DNA of 64,000 nt, from assembly GCF_000981445.1 (NCBI RefSeq), contig NC_027218.1:2108001-2172000 (forward strand), read 5' to 3'. Below are positions 11,606 through 19,226 of the stretch, piece after piece. Positions within the stretch are counted from its first letter, which is position 1. Each line of letters begins with the position of its first letter. The translations under genes were made by a program, and so were the position numbers. The DNA comes from Babesia bigemina. Taxonomy: Eukaryota. Below the pieces are notes generated by a model, which was not told the DNA's origin, did not search any database, and worked only from the letters and a program-made list of their open reading frames with translations.

Positions 11606-12984
11606 CATGTCTGGCCGTCTAGTATTTTTAGACGGGGCCACCTTAGAGGTATGATCAGACGACTGCTTCCTAGTTCACATAGTCGTGGACACCAGCCGTA
11701 AAGATTTGTAAGCGCATGTTGGCGAATGTGTATTAGCATTTTGTGTTTCTGCTATTTGTATCCAAAATGGTGTCGGCTAAGAAATTCTATCTCACTAGCC
11801 TTAGGGAGTGTTTCATATTTTTCGATTGGTTAAACACCCAAAAGAAGAATATACACGCCCAAATTGCCCAGGATCTGTATAAACGTATAAATAAGTATAA
11901 TAAGGCGGTCGAATCAAACAGTATTAAAGCATCGCTGTCCACTTTCCTCTCGAACGTAGATAAGTTTTATAGAATATTGGTAAGTGACGGCATCCCTGAA
12001 AAATTGCTTCGAACAACAAACTCAATTAATAGCGACGCAACAACGGAGGAAATTGTGGACGCTCTTCTCGAGTGTATTCCTAAATTCCTCGCCGCGATGT
12101 ACTATCTTTGGTACGATGTGAATGCCACTTTCGAGGAGCTTGGCGGCGGTGGTTGGAAGTTAAATTATCCAGGGGCCTTATATGGTAGTTACTATAGTTC
12201 AAGCGGAGGCGATCTCGACAATTACCTCCATGCGAAGAACGGCAGCAACTACGGTGGCATGATACCCGGAGGATTCAACCCCACCGAAGTGAGGTATGGC
12301 TATTGGTACAGTGGCTACCGTCAGGGATATCTGATGGAAGATGATATTAGAATAATTCTGGACAAAAAAAATGACCAGTGTTTTCGTAACGTATTTCTTA
12401 CTACGGTTGGCGTCGCAGGCAAGCAGAAGGAAAACGTTGCAAATGTTCTTGCATTGGTGGGAACGTTTTGCGACATTGTGGAAAGGGACAAAGGTGCCGT
12501 GAAGAGCGCTTTGGAAAAGCAACTTAAGGAAATGAATGGAAAATGCCTGGATTGGTCTGCCTTACAATCTCATTGCAAAGAGCTAAAGAAATCCCAAATA
12601 CACAGATTGTTCGCCAGTCAACGCTTTGCGCATACTGGCCAGTCACTAGAATCTAGTGATTCTACAAAGGAAGAAATTGCGAAAGATGCGGCAAAGTGGT
12701 TGAGAGTGAATTTGTTGGAAGTTAAGAGCCATTTGAATAAAATTGATACAAAAGACAAGGTCATCGACAATCCCGATAAGAAGCACCTTGGCGCATATTT
12801 CACCAACAATCTTTTCCCATACGGTTTCTTTTTCGATGACAACCATTTCAGAAGGATGATTAAAGATAGGAAGACCTTGATGCAAAATTGGCGTAGTGTA
12901 ATCAGTAAGTTTGTTGCTAATGGTGAAGGTTTAGAAAAGTTAAAAACACTTTTGGAAGGTTACAATTGTCCAGAAGATACTTAT

Positions 12985-13521
12985 AAGAAATCCGAGGGAG
13001 CACAGAACCAGGGCAAGAAATCCGAGGGAGCACAGAACCAGGGCAAGAAATCCGAGGGAGCACAGAACCAGGGCAAGAAAGCGGAGGGAGCACAGAACCA
13101 GGGCAAGAAGGCTGAGGGAGCACAGAACCAGGGCAAGAAGGCTGAGGGAGCACAGAACCAGGGCAAGAAATCCGAGGGAGCACAGAACCAGGGCAAGAAA
13201 TCCGAGGGAGCACAGAACCAGGGCAAGAAAGCGGAGGGAGCACAGAACCAGGGCAAGAAGGCTGAGGGAGCACAGAACCAGGGCAAGAAGGCTGAGGGAG
13301 CACAGAACCAGGGCAAGAAAGCGGAGGGAGCACAGAACCAGGGCAAGAAAGCGGAGGGAGCACAGAACCAGGGCAAGAAGGCTGAGGGAGCACAGAACCA
13401 GGGCAAGAAGGCTGAGGGAGCACAGAACCAGGGCAAGAAGGCTGAGGGAGCACAGAACCAGGGCAAGAAATCCGAGGGAGCACAGAACCAGGGCAAGAAA
13501 GCGGAGGGCACTCCAAATCAG
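12985..13521 (+). repeat. Coding tandem repeat, 17 complete 30-nt units plus 1 partial, encoding KK[S/A]EGAQNQG and ending KKAEGTPNQ
   Basis: Unit AAG-AA[A/G]-[TCC/GCG/GCT]-GAGGGAGCACAGAACCAGGGC, counted directly from the sequence. Confidence 0.98.
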
Positions 13522-14893
13522 CAAACCGCTCAAAATAGTCGAACGACTTCAAGTTCACTGGGTCCGCATTCAGATTCATCGACAGTGTCCGGTGCTGATG
13601 TAGCTAAAGGTCAACCAGGGGCTAAAGGTGATCAAGGCGCGAAAGGGCCTCCTGATACAGGGACTACAAAATCTTCTACACCTCAACGTGCTGGTAAGCC
13701 GCAACATCCTCCGCCCCAACCGCCGCCAGCGCCTCCCCCCAGTACTCCCGCTGCCCCTAGCCCCGCTGGTCCGACAAGTGACGGGGGTGGAAGGCCAAAT
13801 GACAGTGGTGCTCGAAGTCAGAAGCCTGTTGCCTCTAAACCCCCTGCTTCTCCTCCGTCTACAAGTGGTACAAGTCCAGCCCCTCCGTCACTTGCTGTCC
13901 CTGGTTCCAGTGGTGGCACGGGGTCTACTTCTGTGCCTGTTAAACCAGGTGTTAAGGGGCAGGGTTCAATGGTCAGTGTTTCTCCAGCGCAACAACCTGG
14001 TGCGTCTTCACAGAATGTTATCACTCAGTCTCCAACTGCTCAATCTCCTGGCCCTCGGTCATCTGGTGTCTCTGCTCCCGATGGTGGTCAGAACTTGGGT
14101 AGCTCGGCGGGTTCTGCTGTCCCTGGTCCAACAGGTGATCAAGGTAAACCGCAGAATTCCACTGCCGCTATTACTACGCCATCCACTGGCTCGGGCGCTG
14201 GTTCGGGCGGCGGTGGAGGGGATGGCGGTAGTAATGGGAAGGGGACTGGTAATTCTCAAACTCAGATAAATTGCCCTCAGGGCCAGTCACTTATGAGTCT
14301 ATGGCCCAATGGCTCCAAGTTCTGCGTCCCTACAAATGACTTTAATGACCATGAAAAAACCTATACCGTATGGGACAATGTCAAAAAATCGCATGATAAG
14401 GACATTCAAAAGACTGTAGAGAGAAATCGACAGAAACAAAATTCACAATTGCGATATCCTCCCAGACGCCAAACAAGGCCTGACAATCTTAATGCCGTAC
14501 CACCAACTCATTCTAACAGTCTCCACCCTGCTCAACACCAGCCCATTGATCCACTAAGAAGGGATGACGGGCGGGGAGGCACAGGCGCTCCGCATATTCC
14601 GTCTATTGACGTTTCCGTTGGTGGAGAAGCAATTCAGCCGACGAAATCAAATCATTTCGCTGCGAAGGACTTCACTAAATTGCCGGGTCTCCGTGGCCAG
14701 GCTATGCGTGATTTGGATTATGAGCAGGATCAAGTGTACAACGAGTTGTTATTTGACGAGATAGCAGCACAAACGAAATTGCAGAAAAATTTGGAAAAAG
14801 AAAAATTGGAGAGATCGGAGGAAGAGAATATAAGGGCCCATAAATATCAAGTAGAAGGCATCGAACGGCAATTAGAAGAGCACAAAAAACAAG

Positions 14894-14901
14894 TAGCAGA
14901 T
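14894..14901 (+). repeat. Left target-site duplication TAGCAGAT
   Basis: Identical to 19219-19226; the flanking bases differ on both sides. Confidence 0.9.
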
Positions 14902-17900
14902 GTTAAATTAAGTTATCTCATCTTATAGTGTGCTATGTGGCTACGTGCCTAGGGCCGGTTTTCGTGTTTGCGGGGCTAACGCCTCACGCTGAAACCGGTT
15001 GCGGGATCCACGCCGGTCCATTGCCGGACGTCACTGGTGCCATCCATGCGGGCATCCATCCAGTTTGGGCTTGAGGGTCTTCTACGGAATCGTAGTCTTC
15101 TTTCGGCTTCATATCCCTCATCACTATTTTATGTGTTTCTTGGATCACTACCCTTTGTATGTGGGCTTCCATGCGATCCGATATGCCCAGGTCCCGTCTG
15201 TACTTGCTGTGCTCCTTTGTCACTATTCCCTCCCACGTCATAACGTAGGGGATAACCCTGATCTTGGTGTGCTGGTTAAACTGTCGCGCCTTGAGGTCCT
15301 CAATAAGGTCTTCATACTTCTGCTTCTTGAACTTCTCCGTATCCACTAGGTTGTCTTGATTGGTGATTCCTATCTCCACGATGGTTATGGTGTTCCTCCG
15401 CCGATCCGCCAGGATGATGTCTGGCCTGTTGTATTCCTTAGTCTTCTGAGTCTTGACCGTCTTGTCGTACGCGATCCATCCGTATTTTCCATGTACTTCA
15501 CTCTCGATCTTGTGGGCGTCTATCTTCTCCTTGGGTAGTCCTATTTGCCTCCCGAGTACTGAGTGGACCCGTTTTGCTACCTCGTTGTGCCTCTTCGTAT
15601 ATTCTAGGTGTAGTAGTTTCTGGCACTTCGTCGCGAGGTGATCCACGTTCTTGCCGTTGTTGCATCTTGTGCATTTCTTGGACGAAGACATCCATTGCAG
15701 ATTCCTATCCTGGACTTCCGCTACGTTCGCTTCTTCTTCCGGAGTGAGTATTCCACACGTCAGGTACAAGGACGACGCCTCAATGTCCAGCTTGGGGTCC
15801 TCACGCTTGGCATACAGAACCTTATGAGTTGATTTTACGTGCATTCTGTTGTACAGCCATTTGTTTTGGGCCACCCTGAGGTCCCTGAGGCTCTTGTCCG
15901 TAGTGTCCTCCATTCCGAATTCCATTCCATATCTTCCTTCCAGGTGCATCTTGATGTGAGATATGTGCGCGTATGTGTCGCGAAAATGCTGCATGATCGC
16001 AGCTCTCCTGGTTGACGTCACCTCGTCTGCTGAAAGCGTCAACCACAGTCGTAGCAGCATGGCTTCCGCTCTAAATACCATGCTGTGGAGCCCTCTCCCC
16101 ATCTCTTTCCGGGGGAGGTAGAGCCTCTGTGTGTTCGCCCACTTCTTGTGTCCGTGCTTCGCGTTAATTATTCTCCGTACTGCCAGGTCGATCTTGTCGA
16201 AATGCGTGATGTCCATGGGGATCACGCCGATGTAGTAGTTGATGACGCTGAGGGCGTACTGGTTGATGGCCATCGAGAGGTTTTTCCCCGACAGCTTTGA
16301 CGCAGCCAGTAGCTCCGTTCTCCTGCATATCTCCTGTAGTATTATGTCGAACATTCCGTCGCTTGTCAGTGAGTTTGAAGTCTCTGTGACTCCCAAGTAC
16401 TTGTACGTTTCCGGGCCTTCCATCTGCTTGGCGATGCTGGCGCACGCCTCCGTGTTGGTTGCCGACTTGTCGCGGTTGATCCTGAGTCCTATGTCGTTGA
16501 AGAACTTCTCCACTTCTCGGCCCATTCCTCTCATCGTACTTTCCTCGTGGGCGAAGAACTTGAGGTCGTCAATATAGAGAAAGTGGTTTGTGGCGAATAT
16601 CCTGCCGCCGGTCACGCTTAACTCCACCTTGGGGAAGATGCGAGTCAGGTGCCTGCTCAGCGGGTCCAAGCACAGCACGAAGAGAAGGGGCGATAGGCTG
16701 TCGCCTTGGAGAATGCCCCTCTCCACTTTCTTGTGCATGATTGTGTTCTTGTTCCACCGTATCTCTATATTCCACCTCTTGATCGTCTGCTTGATGAAGT
16801 TTGATAACCACCCTGGTAGGTTAAGGTTGTCGATAACCCTTGCCAGGTACGCGTGGTCGATTGAGTCGTACGCCTTCATGACGTCGACCCACGTTGCAAG
16901 TAACTTCCCCTTGTGCTTCTCGTTGAGCGCGATGTTCGCTAACGCGTGCTCCTTTGCACCCTGTACGTTGCTCCTCGTGCCCATCTGGTTCTCGGACCGT
17001 AGTCCCCTGCCATCGACTTCTCGCTTAAGCGTCTCCGTTGCACAGCGGGTAGTTAGCTTGTATAGGTTGGACATGCATGTGATAGGCCTGTACTGTGCGG
17101 CGGACTTTGGTTTCTTGTTCTTCGGTAGTAGGTACGTGATCCCACAGTAGAACCAGTCGTCCTGCACTTTGCCTTGCTGGCATGCCTCCTCTACTAGCCT
17201 GTAAATGACTCTGTGAAGGGACGTGAGCCATTTAATGTAGTAGTTGTAGATCCCATCCGCACCGGGCGACTTCCAGTCTCGCAATTTCTTGACGATCGTG
17301 ACGAATTCCTCGTATGTGGGAAAGCCTGCCTTGTTCTCTGCCGGTGGTCTTTCGACCAGATATCCTTCACCGTTGTGCGGTGCGTTTGGCTTCACCCACA
17401 TTTGCGCCCAGTACTCTATCATCATCCCCTCGTTTATCGCCGACTCGTCCGCGTCCTGCTTGTTCTCCAGTGTCCTGTAGAAGTGTCCCGTGTAGAGCTC
17501 GAACATGCGGTTGTCGTTGTACAACTCCTTCTTGAACTTGGCGTTCTTGAGTTTGTCCTGCTCCTTTTGGAGCTCCTCTTGAGTCCTGCTGATCACGTAT
17601 GACAGTTCCTGCGGCTTGTCCGCGATCATGTTGTACTTGTCCATTTGGCGATAAACGCGTTTCCTATCCTCCTTCTCCAGGGGGACCTTCTGCTTGTATT
17701 TCAGAAGTAATGCTCCTATCTCCTCCAGCTCCTTGATCCTCCTCTCAGCTGCCTCCTTCTTTCCCGAGGACGACGATGGTTTTGCGCTGTACTTGTCGTA
17801 GCAGTCCTGTGCCGTTTGATACAAGATGGCTAGCATCCCCATGTCAGTGACTGGGTTGTGCTTCACGTAGTTGTGGACCACTAGATCCAGCGACCTTATC

Positions 17901-19218
17901 GCCGTGAAGTCGAGGGAGTCCATGGTGTGTCTTTTGTTCTTTACTGTCCTAATCACACCAGGCTCCCTCAACCTCTGTGCCATGATCCGGTCGAAATCCT
18001 CCTGCAGGGCGTTGTATGAGTCGACGTCGTGCAGCGATGCTATTTCTCCAACGTCCGTCGGTTGGCTCCGCGCTGCTTTGGCGACTACCTGTCTTGCCAT
18101 CTGCTCCACCTCCTTGTGGGTCTTGTGGAATTCGAAATGCTCGTTGGCATATTCCGCGAGGACTTTCCATCCTCCTCGTGGCATCCTCTGATACTTCGTC
18201 ACTACTGCCTTGTAGACGTCCGGTACCCAATGACACCATGGTCCATCGATCTGACGCATGACACAGTGCAGGAACTGTAACTTGGCATTCAGCCTAGCGT
18301 AGTTCGGCGGCATTTGTGGCGTGTTCCCGGCCCGTTCAGCCTGCGGGGCGTGCCCTTCGGGTGCCCTCGGCAACGCAGCCGTCTCAGTGAGCGCCACCTC
18401 ACTGGCGGTGCCCGGTGCTATACTGTTGTTTGATTCTCTCACAGGCCCGACTTGCTCAGGTTCCTCTTCGTCCACGTCCATAAAGTCATCCGACGATATG
18501 GAATACACGGTCGGAGAGCGGCAGCCACCGTTTCCGACAACCTCCCCTGCCGGTGGCTGCAGGGTAGACAGTGTCTGCACACACACGGGTGCGCGTTCCG
18601 AGGAACTCGGCCCGGCGTTGCAAACCACGACAGGCGGCGTTTGAGCCGTGTTTCCTGTCTTTTTGGCCTTCCGGTTGTTACCCTTTTGGCCCTGGGGACC
18701 GCCGTTCCGCGCTTTGTTTCCAGCGCCCTTCACAGCCGGAGTGGTTCCGGGCTGGTGTCGTTTCCGGCTTGCCTGCGGGATTGGCCGGCTTTCGCCGCCA
18801 CGGCCGGCCCCCTTCGAATTTGTGGGTTTACCTTTAGGGCCCTGAACACCGCTTTGTACCGGTTTTCTGGATTCATGCCGCCTTTCGGGTTGCCGACACT
18901 CTCGGCGCCCCACGGTGGCAAGCGGAGCATCGATGTCCATCCCATCGGGGACGTCCACGTCAATAACCATGAGGTCTCCGTCCTCATCGATTTGACTGCT
19001 CAGCTGCACTTCTTGTGAGCTCTCCATTGGTACCTTGTTCGTCTATCCAGCGCGCCTGTGTGGCCGCCTTTCGCCTCGCGATGTTGCCGCTTTAATTCCG
19101 CACTTTTGGCCTTCAATACACCCCCCAGTGACATCGGAAAAATTTCCTTTCTGTGATAAACCCGAGAAAACACGTTTCTCAAAGTTTCCCCCAAAATCAC
19201 AGAAGATTCCAACTCCCC
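14902..19218 (-). mobile_element. Full-length non-LTR retrotransposon with restriction-like endonuclease (R4/Dong/EhLINE-like), 4317 bp
   Basis: Bounded by an 8-bp direct repeat. 191-nt 5' UTR, single 1347-aa ORF, 82-nt 3' UTR. Excision restores the host reading frame. Confidence 0.93.
14984..19027 (-). CDS. Retrotransposon polyprotein: low-complexity N-terminus, reverse transcriptase, CCHC zinc knuckle, PD-(D/E)xK-type RLE endonuclease
   Basis: RT motifs KSPGADGI, LLPK...YRPITCMSNLYK, DVMKAYDSIDH, RGILQGDSLSPLLF, YIDD, GLRINRDKS, YKYLG. RLYLPRKEMGRGL. CTRC-x7-H-x4-C. RHN. RPDIILAD...IVEIGI...KKQKY. Confidence 0.96.
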   Translation of the reverse strand: MESSQEVQLSSQIDEDGDLMVIDVDVPDGMDIDAPLATVGRRECRQPERRHESRKPVQSGVQGPKGKPTNSKGAGRGGESRPIPQASRKRHQPGTTPAVKGAGNKARNGGPQGQKGNNRKAKKTGNTAQTPPVVVCNAGPSSSERAPVCVQTLSTLQPPAGEVVGNGGCRSPTVYSISSDDFMDVDEEEPEQVGPVRESNNSIAPGTASEVALTETAALPRAPEGHAPQAERAGNTPQMPPNYARLNAKLQFLHCVMRQIDGPWCHWVPDVYKAVVTKYQRMPRGGWKVLAEYANEHFEFHKTHKEVEQMARQVVAKAARSQPTDVGEIASLHDVDSYNALQEDFDRIMAQRLREPGVIRTVKNKRHTMDSLDFTAIRSLDLVVHNYVKHNPVTDMGMLAILYQTAQDCYDKYSAKPSSSSGKKEAAERRIKELEEIGALLLKYKQKVPLEKEDRKRVYRQMDKYNMIADKPQELSYVISRTQEELQKEQDKLKNAKFKKELYNDNRMFELYTGHFYRTLENKQDADESAINEGMMIEYWAQMWVKPNAPHNGEGYLVERPPAENKAGFPTYEEFVTIVKKLRDWKSPGADGIYNYYIKWLTSLHRVIYRLVEEACQQGKVQDDWFYCGITYLLPKNKKPKSAAQYRPITCMSNLYKLTTRCATETLKREVDGRGLRSENQMGTRSNVQGAKEHALANIALNEKHKGKLLATWVDVMKAYDSIDHAYLARVIDNLNLPGWLSNFIKQTIKRWNIEIRWNKNTIMHKKVERGILQGDSLSPLLFVLCLDPLSRHLTRIFPKVELSVTGGRIFATNHFLYIDDLKFFAHEESTMRGMGREVEKFFNDIGLRINRDKSATNTEACASIAKQMEGPETYKYLGVTETSNSLTSDGMFDIILQEICRRTELLAASKLSGKNLSMAINQYALSVINYYIGVIPMDITHFDKIDLAVRRIINAKHGHKKWANTQRLYLPRKEMGRGLHSMVFRAEAMLLRLWLTLSADEVTSTRRAAIMQHFRDTYAHISHIKMHLEGRYGMEFGMEDTTDKSLRDLRVAQNKWLYNRMHVKSTHKVLYAKREDPKLDIEASSLYLTCGILTPEEEANVAEVQDRNLQWMSSSKKCTRCNNGKNVDHLATKCQKLLHLEYTKRHNEVAKRVHSVLGRQIGLPKEKIDAHKIESEVHGKYGWIAYDKTVKTQKTKEYNRPDIILADRRRNTITIVEIGITNQDNLVDTEKFKKQKYEDLIEDLKARQFNQHTKIRVIPYVMTWEGIVTKEHSKYRRDLGISDRMEAHIQRVVIQETHKIVMRDMKPKEDYDSVEDPQAQTGWMPAWMAPVTSGNGPAWIPQPVSA

Positions 19219-19226
19219 TAGCAGAT
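19219..19226 (+). repeat. Right target-site duplication TAGCAGAT
   Basis: Identical to 14894-14901. Confidence 0.9.

Larger units (their letters stand above)
11767..14901 (+). pseudogene. VESA-related family gene copy 2, 5' part; interrupted by the retrotransposon. Read-through into the element stops at 14928.
   Basis: ATG 11767 (MVSAKKFYLTSLRECFIFFDWL) is homologous to the copy 1 N-terminus (DALLECIPKFLAAMYYL, LFPYGF). Ends at the TSD in codons V-A-D. Confidence 0.88.

Noticed and set aside
12985..13521. 30-nt periodic array as a possible CRISPR
   Set aside because: The units are contiguous with no unique spacers, the array is in frame in a eukaryotic gene, and there are no cas genes.
12917..13579. 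Three minus-strand ORFs of 176-220 aa with periodic sequence
   Set aside because: They are shadow frames of the stop-free 30-nt repeat.
14984..19027. RT as telomerase, group II intron, retron or LTR pol
   Set aside because: The C-terminal CCHC plus PD..E..KxxKY endonuclease, the TSD, and the absence of LTRs, integrase, RNase H and protease indicate an RLE non-LTR element.
14902..19224. Element being spliced out of the host transcript as an intron (starts with GT; TAG and CAG lie in the right TSD)
   Set aside because: GT at 14902 with either AG gives a frameshift. The only in-frame option I found uses a poor donor (GTTATC at 14912), and introns here are mostly tens of nt. Unsupported without RNA data.
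19035..19226. N-terminal 64 codons of the 910-aa ORF as a real gene start
   Set aside because: It starts at a TTG and is mostly the antisense of the retrotransposon 5' UTR. Host coding sequence resumes at the TSD.
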